In this document: in pieces, positions 45,431 through 54,133 of the stretch
Numbering within the stretch: position 1 is the first letter of the stretch
Layout: every line of letters starts with the position of its first letter
NCBI GenBank assembly: GCA_963609805.1
Contig: CAVDLN010000002.1
Coordinates: 1 to 57,228 of the forward strand
Direction of reading: 5' to 3'
Origin: Erysipelotrichaceae bacterium
Lineage (GTDB): Bacteria; Bacillota; Clostridia; Oscillospirales; CAG-272
DNA length: 57,228 nt
Notes under the pieces: generated by a model
The model's database searches: none
Told to the model about the DNA's origin: nothing
Seen by the model: only the letters and a program-made list of their open reading frames with translations
Translations under genes and position numbers: made by a program

Positions 45431-46624
45431 TCAGAAATCAATCTCCTCGCCCGGATGCAGCACCACGCGGTGCATGCCGGCGACGGCCTCATTCACCAGT
45501 GCGGCGAAATCAAGCCGGTTTTCCTGCTCCAGAACCTTCGGAAGTTCGGGTCTTGTGCGGGGATGGCGGGGCGTGAAGACGGTGCAGCAGTCCTCAAACG
45601 GCTCGATGGAGGTGTCAAACGTGCCGATGCGCCGCGCGCTTTCCACGATTTCCTCCTTGTCAAGGCCGATGCAGGGACGGAACACGGGGCGGTTCGCCAG
45701 CGGATCGGTCACGCTCAGGGCTTCGGCGGTCTGCGATGCCACCTGACCCAGACTCTCGCCCGTAATCAGCGATCCGCAGCGGCACATGTCGGCGGCGCGG
45801 TCGGCGATCGCCATCATGTACCGGCGCAGCAGCAGCGTGAAGTAGTCCTCCTCGCAGGCCTTTACCAGTTCCTCCTGAATATGCGTCAGGGAGACGATAT
45901 GGACAATCAGCTCGTCGTTGTTGTAGGCGGAGAGAATCCGTCCCAGCCGCAGAACCTTTTCCAGCGCCATGCGGCTGGTGTAGGGTGCCGACTCGAAGTG
46001 GATGGCCTCCACGGTCATGCCGCGTTTCGCCATCATGAATCCGGCAACGGGGGAATCGATGCCGCCGGACAGCAGCAGCAGTCCCCGCCCGTTGGTGCCG
46101 ACGGGCATGCCGCCCGCTCCCTTGACGGAACCGGCGTGAACATACGCGGCGTACTCCCGCACCTCCACCCGCACGGTCACGTCCGGATGATGCACGTCCA
46201 CCCGTATACCGGGAACCGCCTCCAGCACGGCGGCACCCGCCTCGGCGGCAATCTGCATGGAGTCAAACGGGAACCGCTTATCCGATCGCTTCGCCTCCAC
46301 CTTGAAGCTGCGCGCGCCGGCCAGCGCGGGCGGAATGTAGCTCTTCACGGCGGCGCATATGCCCTCCATGGATTTCTCGCATACGGCGGCGCGGGCAACC
46401 GATATAATGCCGAATACGCGGCAGGCGTCCGCCAGCATGCCGTCCATGTCCGCCGCGTCGTCCGCCGGCTCGGCATACAGCGTGCTCTGCGCCCGATAGA
46501 TGTTGAAGTTTCCGTGCGCACGCGCCTTCCGTTTTAGCTGCCGCTCCAGCATATCCTCAAAGTAGCGGCGGTTTGCGCCCTTCAGAATGATTTCCCCGTA
46601 CTTGCACAGCAGAATTTCCTTCAT
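45431..46624 (-). CDS. thiI: tRNA 4-thiouridine(8) synthase ThiI
   Basis: THUMP N-terminus (KYGEIILKG) and PP-loop LLLLSGGIDSPVAG. 397 aa, no rhodanese domain. Confidence 0.9.
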   Translation of the reverse strand: MKEILLCKYGEIILKGANRRYFEDMLERQLKRKARAHGNFNIYRAQSTLYAEPADDAADMDGMLADACRVFGIISVARAAVCEKSMEGICAAVKSYIPPALAGARSFKVEAKRSDKRFPFDSMQIAAEAGAAVLEAVPGIRVDVHHPDVTVRVEVREYAAYVHAGSVKGAGGMPVGTNGRGLLLLSGGIDSPVAGFMMAKRGMTVEAIHFESAPYTSRMALEKVLRLGRILSAYNNDELIVHIVSLTHIQEELVKACEEDYFTLLLRRYMMAIADRAADMCRCGSLITGESLGQVASQTAEALSVTDPLANRPVFRPCIGLDKEEIVESARRIGTFDTSIEPFEDCCTVFTPRHPRTRPELPKVLEQENRLDFAALVNEAVAGMHRVVLHPGEEIDF

Positions 46625-46944
46625 TGCGATTCCTCACCCCGCTCTCCGTTCCCGCTCTCCGCCGCGGTCTCCTTCTCTTCCGAAAAACCGGAAATCAGCC
46701 CGCGCGCCGTCTCCAGCGCCTCGGCGGGAACGAAAATATCCGTCCCGAAAAGCGAAAATCCCGTCATGATGCGCATGGCGCTGCCCGTAGCGCGTTCCTG
46801 CACCAGGTAGGGTATGTCCGCGTCCTCCAGAAGGCCGCGCACCATGCCCAGCATGACAACATCCCGCACCGTGGTCAGCAGCACGACCTCCCCGTCGCCG
46901 CGGATTCTGTGGTCCTTTTCCAGACCGAAAATGGGGTCAGACAT
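46621..46944 (-). CDS. small DUF2007-like (putative signal-transducing) protein
   Basis: 107 aa. ATG 46944 overlaps the upstream stop (ATGTCTGA), and its own stop overlaps the thiI ATG. Family call is weak. Confidence 0.5.
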   Translation of the reverse strand: MSDPIFGLEKDHRIRGDGEVVLLTTVRDVVMLGMVRGLLEDADIPYLVQERATGSAMRIMTGFSLFGTDIFVPAEALETARGLISGFSEEKETAAESGNGERGEESQ

Positions 46945-48292
46945 ATGCTGTCTCCTCTCCGTCCCCGTCTCCGTCCTCGTCCTCGCCGTCACTGTCGCTG
47001 TCGCTGTCACTGTCACCTTCGCTGTCACCGTAGCCGTCCTCATCGTCCGCCGGGAACCCGCCGTAGCTGACGCCGACGGTCGCCGCCATGCTTGCGGCGC
47101 GCTCCAGTTTGGTTTTGCCTTCCAGCACGTAGGGAATGCCCGTCATGCCGCGGGACACGGCCTCCGGCGCGGGTGTATCATAGTAATGCGGGAACAGAGC
47201 CTCCCAGACCTTCATGCAGCCGACGGTATCCGCGATGGAGGAATGGGGAATCCCCTCCCACGTAATGCCGAGGGTCGCCATGGCGTCCACCAGGGAGGCA
47301 TGGGTGTTGTCGGGGAAATGCTCGTTCTGGTATCTGACGAATTCCAGCGCGGCGCAGCGCACCTTTCTGTGCAGTGCCTCCTGCTCGGATTCCGTCTCAT
47401 AGATGTACTTGATATGTCCGTAGTCGGTCGACACACCGAAGGCTATCAGGTTGTCCGCCCCGTCGAACAGCTGCTTGATGCGGGGAATCAGCTCATCCAG
47501 CGTGGGCGCGTCCTGCACCATGGCGGGGGTGATGCCGTGAATTTTCTCTGTGCGGGTCCACTTCTTCTTGCGCAGCGGACGCACCAGCGTGTCCATCAGC
47601 ACCTCTCCCATGGCGTTCATAACGGATACGGATATAATCTCGTCGTGCGTGTACACGCCCGTCAGCTCCAGATCGAAGAACAGCACGCGGGAACGGTCCA
47701 TGTGGTACGGTCTGGATCGGTACGCGTCTCCCTCGGCACGGCGCCGTGCCAGATCCGCCTCAAAGCAGGCGCGGCAGAGCTTTCTCTTGTAGCGTTCCGC
47801 TTTTCCGCATGAAATGCAGGGCAGCGGACGGCGGACGGCGGCGCGTCTGTCATAGAAGCAGACAAGCTGTCCGCCTGCGCGCTCGCTGCAGGCCACGGGC
47901 TCCTGTCCCTCCGCCACGTCATACCCCATGCGGTCGAGTCTCTCCCGGGTATACCAGCCGCGCGCGGCTGCCTGCCTTGTATTGAGTTTCACGACGACGG
48001 CGCCGCTCTCCAGCGTTCTGGTCTCCTGCGCCTCCATGGCGGGACGGTACCAGAGCTCCGGCTGCGCCTCGGCCACGTGCCCCGCGTCATAGTAGTAAAC
48101 CGTCTCCCCGTCCTCGCCCTGCGTGCAGGCGACGGGTGAACCCGTCGGTGCAAGATGCATCCGATTGAGGATATCGGCGGACAGATACCCCCTCTTTTCC
48201 GCTTCCTTTGCGGACAGGCAGACCATGGCGGACTGCCCGTCTCCCTGCCGCGCGCTTCTGCCTCCCGAACCGTATCGCCTTCTGTTCCCCAC
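46937..48292 (-). CDS. DEDDh 3'-5' exonuclease with tandem N-terminal repeats, CxxC...CxxC ribbon and acidic tail
   Basis: ExoI FFDLELTG, ExoII AFGVSTDYGH, ExoIII HSSIADTVGC. GTG 48292 is the tracked start; ATG 48226 is an alternative. Confidence 0.75.
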   Translation of the reverse strand: MGNRRRYGSGGRSARQGDGQSAMVCLSAKEAEKRGYLSADILNRMHLAPTGSPVACTQGEDGETVYYYDAGHVAEAQPELWYRPAMEAQETRTLESGAVVVKLNTRQAAARGWYTRERLDRMGYDVAEGQEPVACSERAGGQLVCFYDRRAAVRRPLPCISCGKAERYKRKLCRACFEADLARRRAEGDAYRSRPYHMDRSRVLFFDLELTGVYTHDEIISVSVMNAMGEVLMDTLVRPLRKKKWTRTEKIHGITPAMVQDAPTLDELIPRIKQLFDGADNLIAFGVSTDYGHIKYIYETESEQEALHRKVRCAALEFVRYQNEHFPDNTHASLVDAMATLGITWEGIPHSSIADTVGCMKVWEALFPHYYDTPAPEAVSRGMTGIPYVLEGKTKLERAASMAATVGVSYGGFPADDEDGYGDSEGDSDSDSDSDGEDEDGDGDGEETAYV

Positions 48293-48346
48293 TGCTTTTT
48301 ATTCCTGCTTCCTTCCGATTGTTTTTCTTTCAATCAATCAGAATTC

Positions 48347-48375
48347 AGTATATCACAAAAAGAGGAAAGAATCAA
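48347..48375 (-). promoter_or_regulatory. promoter of the exonuclease-thiI unit
   Basis: Minus strand TTGATT (48375-48370), 17 nt, TATACT (48352-48347). Confidence 0.5.
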
Positions 48376-48425
48376 GAGAAAGAACGGAAAAAACGGGCTT
48401 CGGCAGACAAAAAATGCGCACACGC

Positions 48426-48468
48426 GAAAAAACCCCGCAAATTCCGCGCGATGCGGAAATTTGCGGGA
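48426..48468 (-). terminator. intrinsic terminator after the LRR lipoprotein gene
   Basis: Minus-strand stem CCCGCAAAUUUCCGC / GCGGAAUUUGCGGG, followed by UUUUUU. Confidence 0.8.
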
Positions 48469-48506
48469 TTATTTTCATTCTGTGACGGTGACTGTGACCT
48501 TTCCGG

Positions 48507-49328
48507 TCAGTCGTCCTCCCCGACGGTCGGATCCTTCATGTCGGCGACATACTTCAGAACCGTCTCGTTGGTCAGGTTGGAGGTGTCGATCTTGTCCTTC
48601 AGCGTGGAACCGTCCAGAACAAAGGCATAGCTGCCGAGGTTCTCCAGCGAATCGGTCAGGCGGATGCTCTCGATGCCGGTGCAGTTGTAGTAGGCCAGCG
48701 TGCCCAGCGTCTTGAGGGAGTCGGGCAGGGTTACGGACTTGATTGACGTGCAGTTCCAGAAGGCCGCGTCTCCGATGCTCTCCAGAGAGGCGGGCAGGGT
48801 GATGTTCTCCAGAAGCGTGCAGCCCCAGAATGCCTTGTCGCCGATGGAGGTCAGCGCGGTGCAGGCACTCATGTCAACGCCCGTCAGCTTGGTGCAGCCG
48901 GCGAAGGCGCTCTGGCTGATTGTCGTCACGCTCGAAGGCAGCGTAACGGAGGGAAGCTCGGTGCAGGCGGCAAACGCATTGGCGCCGATAACCTGAATCG
49001 AATCGGGGATGGTCACCTTCACGATGGACGCAAGGTGATAGAACGCGCCCGCGCCGATTTCGACAACGCGGCGGTTGTTGAACGTGGAGGGAATTTCCAC
49101 CTCATCGTTGGAGGTAGCCTTTCCTGCGTAGCTCACCAGAATGGCGGTGTCGCCCTCGCCGTTCTCAAACGTGAAGACACCCTTGTCGGTCTTTAAGGTC
49201 ATATCCTCCGGCGTATAGTCATCAATGGCGTCCGGGTCACCCTCCAGGTTTGCGCAGGAAGCCAGCGGCAGCGCGCACAGCAAAAGGACGGCCAGCAGAG
49301 CCGCTGTCAGAGCACAGATTTTTTTCAT
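48507..49328 (-). CDS. BspA-type leucine-rich-repeat lipoprotein
   Basis: Lipobox LASC. Repeated ...IxxxAFxxCTxLxSVTLPxSL... units. ATG 49328 has GGAGG 10 nt upstream. Confidence 0.8.
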   Translation of the reverse strand: MKKICALTAALLAVLLLCALPLASCANLEGDPDAIDDYTPEDMTLKTDKGVFTFENGEGDTAILVSYAGKATSNDEVEIPSTFNNRRVVEIGAGAFYHLASIVKVTIPDSIQVIGANAFAACTELPSVTLPSSVTTISQSAFAGCTKLTGVDMSACTALTSIGDKAFWGCTLLENITLPASLESIGDAAFWNCTSIKSVTLPDSLKTLGTLAYYNCTGIESIRLTDSLENLGSYAFVLDGSTLKDKIDTSNLTNETVLKYVADMKDPTVGEDD

Positions 49329-49367
49329 GAATGGAAACCTCCGCACAGATACAGATTCTATAAAATC

Positions 49368-49396
49368 ATTATACCGCAATCCTGCCAAAATGTCAA
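49368..49396 (-). promoter_or_regulatory. promoter of the LRR lipoprotein gene
   Basis: Minus strand TTGACA (49396-49391), 17 nt, TATAAT (49373-49368). Confidence 0.75.
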
Positions 49397-49462
49397 GGGG
49401 GAAGGGCAGGCACTTTGTAAACATTTTTGTGCCCTTGCTCTTACCTTTCTCTCTTTCCGTCA

Positions 49463-49924
49463 TCATGGCTTTTCCTGCCCTCCGGGCAGCCGCTCCGCCG
49501 GCTCCTCCCCATCGGCGGCCATCATTTTCCGGACGTTCTGCGTCCAGTAGGCAAGCATGGCTTTTCTCGTAATAATGCCCATGAATATGTCGCGGTCGTC
49601 CATGACCGGCACAAAGTTCTGCTCGATGGCGTAGTGCAGCAGCTCCTCCATGGTCGTCGTGACGCGCACCGGCCTGTAGCGGTCGGATATGATGCCGTCA
49701 ATCCGCTCCCGCTCCAGATCCTTCATGGTGGCGCTTTCCATGCTCAGGATTTTCCGCAGAAAATCCCCCTCGTTGACGCATCCCACGAATCGTCCGTCAC
49801 GGGACAGGACGGGCAGGCAGGCGTACCCGTGCCTTTTCATTTTCTCCAGCCCCTGGCGGAGGCTGTTTCCCTCCCGGAGATAGGCAACCTGACTCTTCGG
49901 TGTGAGAAAAAAAGCTATGTTCAT
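49463..49924 (-). CDS. CBS domain pair protein
   Basis: 153 aa with two CBS-like units (GYACLPVLSRDGRFVGCV..., NFVPVMDDRDIFMGIITR). Confidence 0.8.
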   Translation of the reverse strand: MNIAFFLTPKSQVAYLREGNSLRQGLEKMKRHGYACLPVLSRDGRFVGCVNEGDFLRKILSMESATMKDLERERIDGIISDRYRPVRVTTTMEELLHYAIEQNFVPVMDDRDIFMGIITRKAMLAYWTQNVRKMMAADGEEPAERLPGGQEKP

Positions 49925-49966
49925 GCGCGGACGCTCCTCCCCTGAATAATTTTTTCCCTTCTGCCG

Positions 49967-51508
49967 TTACCGTGTGACGGCTGTCCGGTTTCGGCGCCGG
50001 CGCGCGCTGATGCAGAGACCGGCGGTCAGGCAGGCGGCGGGAATCAGCAGGACAGCGACAACCCCCCACAGAATGGCGGGCACGCTTTCCATCTCGATAG
50101 AGTCTCCGTCAAGGCAGATGAAATCGGCAGAGGAATATTCGGACGTATAGGTTTCGCTCATGTAGAGGAAAAATCCGAGCAGCATGGAATAGTTTCCGTA
50201 CTCGTTCTCCTCCGTCTCCGCCTCCGTGAAGGCCTCCGTCGATCCGAACCAGACAAAATGCCCCGTCCTGCTGCTGCCGTCGCTCTGCTCCGCGGTCAGA
50301 TCGGCGCACACGCCGACATTGAGGACGCCCGCCTCGCAGAGAGCCGTCGTCCCGTCGGAATCCAGACGCACCGCCTGCTCGGAGGTCGTCAGAATCGGAG
50401 TCACCGTCACGCCGAGCGGCAGCTTGTCCGCAACGGTTATGGCATGGGAGGACGGCATGGTCACGGTGCAGTTCTCCCCGATGGTCGCGCTCACCGTGTT
50501 GCCGGTGCTGCAGTCGGGTTTCAGGTCGGTCTCTCCGTCCGCGCCGTGATGGCTCTCCTCCGCGTCCGAAACAATCCCCTCCGCCGCGGTGAGCCCGTAC
50601 AGACTGCCCAGTCCCGCCGCGCGCGGGCAGGCGGACAGGCTTGCGGAATCCGTCGCCAGCAGGAAGGAACCGCCGCCGCTCAGAAACGCGCGGATCTGCG
50701 TCTCCTCCTTCTCGGTCAGATCGCTCTCCGGGGCATACAGAATCAGGCAGTCGGCATTTTCCGGGATTTCACCCGTCCCGGCAAGGTCCAGCGTACTCAG
50801 TCCGTAGCTGCCCAGCACATTCAGAAGAAGCTCGGGCAGGGACGTGTCCCCGTGTCCCGTCAGGATATACCCCTGCGGGATACTCTCCGCCGTCACGTAG
50901 TCAATGGCTCCGCTGAGCTGCGCCTCCCCGCGGAAATAGCGGGAGGTCACGGAGTTCTTCAGAACATCACTGTAGTAGGTCATGTACTGCACCAGCTGTG
51001 AGTAGGTCAGATAGGTCACGGATCCGCCGTACGCGCTGTCTATCACGTCATTGGAATATACATACAGATCGGTGTAATCCAGCACGGACACGCGGCGGTC
51101 GCTCTCCACAATCAGGCTGTAGTTGCTCAATGTGGAGCTGCTGCCGATATACTGCTCGGCAAAGTCCGTCTGCGTGTCGGTGTCTATGACCTCCACGCTT
51201 ATATGTTCCCCCGCCTCCTCGTAGCGCGTCAGGAACAGCTCCATATCGTAATCCGTTGACCCGCCGGAGCACAGCCAGTACACCCTCACGTCCTCCGTAA
51301 GACCGGCGGCAAGCTGCACGGATTTTTCGGATACGCGGGAAATATTGCCGCTCCCGACGTCTATCTTTGTCATGCGCCACGGCAGAAGAACCGCCAGAAT
51401 CTGCACAGCCAGCAGCAGCACCGCCAGACAGACGCAGACGGCGAACAGAACAGTCAGCCTTCGCTGATTTCTCGTTGAAACCATATCGGCGCCTCCCTTC
51501 AGCGGCAT
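49967..51508 (-). CDS. GldG-like auxiliary component of an ABC-2 system (N- and C-terminal TM anchors)
   Basis: Size, terminal TM segments and position after an ABC-2 permease and ATPase. Alternative start ATG 51484 has GGGAGG at 7 nt. Confidence 0.65.
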   Translation of the reverse strand: MPLKGGADMVSTRNQRRLTVLFAVCVCLAVLLLAVQILAVLLPWRMTKIDVGSGNISRVSEKSVQLAAGLTEDVRVYWLCSGGSTDYDMELFLTRYEEAGEHISVEVIDTDTQTDFAEQYIGSSSTLSNYSLIVESDRRVSVLDYTDLYVYSNDVIDSAYGGSVTYLTYSQLVQYMTYYSDVLKNSVTSRYFRGEAQLSGAIDYVTAESIPQGYILTGHGDTSLPELLLNVLGSYGLSTLDLAGTGEIPENADCLILYAPESDLTEKEETQIRAFLSGGGSFLLATDSASLSACPRAAGLGSLYGLTAAEGIVSDAEESHHGADGETDLKPDCSTGNTVSATIGENCTVTMPSSHAITVADKLPLGVTVTPILTTSEQAVRLDSDGTTALCEAGVLNVGVCADLTAEQSDGSSRTGHFVWFGSTEAFTEAETEENEYGNYSMLLGFFLYMSETYTSEYSSADFICLDGDSIEMESVPAILWGVVAVLLIPAACLTAGLCISARRRRNRTAVTR

Positions 51509-52365
51509 CTCCGCCGCTCCGTCACGGCGGTCGTCAGCCCTACAAACAGCAGCGGCACAGCCAGCAGCAGCAGCAGTGTGTTTATGTCAAGCAGACCGTA
51601 CAGCCCTGCCTCCTCATACCGCATAAAGGGCGAGAGCAGCAGCGTCAGGTCATAGAAAAGCCCGCCGAAATACTCCCGCTGCAGCAGGAAGCCCGCCGTC
51701 AGGGCCGCCGTCAGCACGATGCCCGTCACGGCACTCACAAGGGGACTGCGCGTAAAGAGGAATCCCGCCCCTGCCGTGAGCAGTGCGACAAGCACCAGCG
51801 CGGCATAGGACACCCACGGCGACGTGGGAAGAAAATACATAAGAATCGGCAGAAAGTACAGCAGAAGCAGAACTGCCGTCCCCGTCCCGAAGGCAATCGG
51901 CCAGCGGGTAGTCAGGGAGGACAGAAACTGGCAGACAGCCGCAAACGCCGCGTTCAGCAGGAAAAAGTTCAGTATCGACGTGTAGGAGGCGGCGAAGTTC
52001 ACCGTCCCGTACAGGGAAAACAGCAGCGGATACAGGCACAGCACCGCGACAGGCAGCGCCGCCGCGCATACAAGCGCCAGATACTTGCCCAGCACGACCG
52101 ACAGACTGCCGCAGGGCAGGGAGCGCAGCAGGCGGTCCGTCCCGTCCCGGCGGTCGCGCGCCATGCTGTCGGCGCAGAGCATCGGCACGGCCGGAACCAG
52201 CATGTACTCCGCGAAGGTCAGCGCATACAGAATCTCGGCGGATCCGCTGTAAAGGTTGTAGTAGGCGACCGCAATGCCGGACGCCAACAGCATAAGCGCC
52301 GCATACCCCCAGCCGCGCAGGCCGCTCATGCAGGTGAGCAGTTCACGTTTGAATACGGCTCTCAT
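51499..52365 (-). CDS. ABC-2 type transporter permease
   Basis: 288 aa with six hydrophobic segments. ATGA overlap with the ATPase gene. Confidence 0.75.
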   Translation of the reverse strand: MRAVFKRELLTCMSGLRGWGYAALMLLASGIAVAYYNLYSGSAEILYALTFAEYMLVPAVPMLCADSMARDRRDGTDRLLRSLPCGSLSVVLGKYLALVCAAALPVAVLCLYPLLFSLYGTVNFAASYTSILNFFLLNAAFAAVCQFLSSLTTRWPIAFGTGTAVLLLLYFLPILMYFLPTSPWVSYAALVLVALLTAGAGFLFTRSPLVSAVTGIVLTAALTAGFLLQREYFGGLFYDLTLLLSPFMRYEEAGLYGLLDINTLLLLLAVPLLFVGLTTAVTERRRCR

Positions 52366-53330
52366 TGTCTGTCCTCCCGCGTCAGCGACGCATACAGATC
52401 CTCCATGGATCTCTCCTCCGCCTCCATGGACAGCACGGCATACCGCCTCTCCGCCATGGTAAAGAAAATTTCGTCCCGCACATCCGTGCCGTCTCCCTGC
52501 GCGTCCGGCGACAGGTGCACCGTCACGGCGGCAACGCCCGGCGACGCCTGCTCTCCGACAGCATCGGCGACGCCCGCGATTGTGCGCAGCACCCCGGCTA
52601 TCTCCTGCGGATCTCCCTTGGCGGTCAGGTGCAGCACGGCTCCGCCCGGCGCGGCTGCACGGCGAATCTCACCGATACCGTTCTCAGACGCGACGCTGCC
52701 GGCGCTCAGCAGAATGACCCGGTCGCAGTATTCCTGCGCGCCGCACGACAGTCTCCCCGCCAGCACCACCGTCCTGCCGGCGGCGTTCTCACGGATCAGG
52801 CGGTACAGCACCGCGCTGTTCGCGGCATCCAGTCCCCACGCGGGATCGTCCAGAATCAGGTATTCCGGATCTCCCAGCAGCGCCTGCGCCAGCGCGGCAC
52901 GGCGGCAGACCGCCTGCGGCAGCACGCCGGCTCTCGTGTCCCGCACGTCCTCAATGCCCGTCATGCGGCAGACGGCGGCGATCCGGCGGACGGCGTCCTC
53001 GCCCCGTATTCCCTTTGCCTCGGCGATAAATTCCAGATACTCCCATACCGTCATATCGGCGGGCAGTCTCAGGCCCTGCGGAATATACCCGACCTGTTTC
53101 TTTGCCTCGCGCGGCCGCTTTGCGGTATCGTACCCTCCGATTGTCACGCTGCCTCTGTCCGGCAGGACGCACCCCGCCATAAGCTCCGCAAGCGCGGTCT
53201 TTCCGGATCCCGCGGGCCCCAGCAGCGCGTATACGCTGCCCTCCGCTCCGCCGTTGCGTATGCGGAGGTTTATGTCCCGCAGTATCTCTTTCCCGTTTCG
53301 GATCCTGCAGAGATTCTGAATTTCTATCAA
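52362..53330 (-). CDS. ABC transporter ATP-binding protein with degenerate catalytic motifs
   Basis: Walker A GPAGSGKT and Q-loop YIPQG are present. The signature reads LPQAV, Walker B is LILDDP, and the H-loop position reads AGR. TTG start 53330 has AAGGAG 8 nt upstream. Confidence 0.8.
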   Translation of the reverse strand: MIEIQNLCRIRNGKEILRDINLRIRNGGAEGSVYALLGPAGSGKTALAELMAGCVLPDRGSVTIGGYDTAKRPREAKKQVGYIPQGLRLPADMTVWEYLEFIAEAKGIRGEDAVRRIAAVCRMTGIEDVRDTRAGVLPQAVCRRAALAQALLGDPEYLILDDPAWGLDAANSAVLYRLIRENAAGRTVVLAGRLSCGAQEYCDRVILLSAGSVASENGIGEIRRAAAPGGAVLHLTAKGDPQEIAGVLRTIAGVADAVGEQASPGVAAVTVHLSPDAQGDGTDVRDEIFFTMAERRYAVLSMEAEERSMEDLYASLTREDRQ

Positions 53331-53443
53331 AACCGTGTCTCCTTTTCCGACTTTCGACTTTCTGTTTTTTCTTCCGGAATATCATACTCCGCCGCGGTGT
53401 GCGCCGCATGACACAACCATGAATTTTTTCTGAACGCCCCCGT

Positions 53444-54073
53444 TCAGCAGGAGGGACCGTTCAGGTACCATTCCCCGTCCTGCAGGACAAAGTACAGGCT
53501 GCTCTCCGTCCACTCGCTTCCGGCGGCATCGGCGCGGGATCTGACGGTTACATGCAGGTAGTCCGCCCTGCTGTCCGACTGTATCTCCATGGTGTCATAG
53601 TCGAAAAATCTTGTCCCCGCAACGGTCGGCCCTACCTGATTGCTCTGCATCAGGCTTCCGTCGCCGTCCTGATAGCGGGCAGGCAGAACGACCCCGCCCT
53701 CGGTCAGCGAAAACCCGGTCAGCAGGGAGGAGCAGATCGAATCGGCATAGGATTCGGAGTACACCTCCCGCACGGCTGCCTCGATTTCCTCACAGCTCAC
53801 ATACCGGGCATACGCCGTCATGACGTAATCGCTGCTGTCGTCCCCCGTACCGTAGTAGCGGTGAATCAGCTCCTCCTCGGCGCCCTCCCGCGCGAACACG
53901 GGCAGCCCGGCTCCGAACACAACCGTATTGACATCCGCCGCCATCTCTATCTTTTCCACAAGCAGGTCGAACACCTCGTCCCGCGCGGGCACCGCGGAGC
54001 GGCACCCGGACAGGAAAACGGCCGTCAGCGCAAGCGCAAGGCATACGCAAAGAATCCCGATTCTCTTTTTCAT
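53444..54073 (-). CDS. hypothetical lipoprotein
   Basis: Signal peptide with lipobox LSGC. No recognisable domain. Confidence 0.6.
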   Translation of the reverse strand: MKKRIGILCVCLALALTAVFLSGCRSAVPARDEVFDLLVEKIEMAADVNTVVFGAGLPVFAREGAEEELIHRYYGTGDDSSDYVMTAYARYVSCEEIEAAVREVYSESYADSICSSLLTGFSLTEGGVVLPARYQDGDGSLMQSNQVGPTVAGTRFFDYDTMEIQSDSRADYLHVTVRSRADAAGSEWTESSLYFVLQDGEWYLNGPSC

Positions 54074-54133
54074 ACTTCAGCTTTCCCTTCGCAATTCATG
54101 GGTGCGCGGTACGGCGGCAGGGTGACGGTTCAC

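Noticed and set aside
53420-53450. Hairpin CTGAACG-CCCCC-CGTTCAG at the end of the lipoprotein gene, considered as a terminator
   Set aside because: On the coding (minus) strand it is followed by an A-run, not a U-run, and it overlaps the stop codon. It is not a convincing intrinsic terminator.
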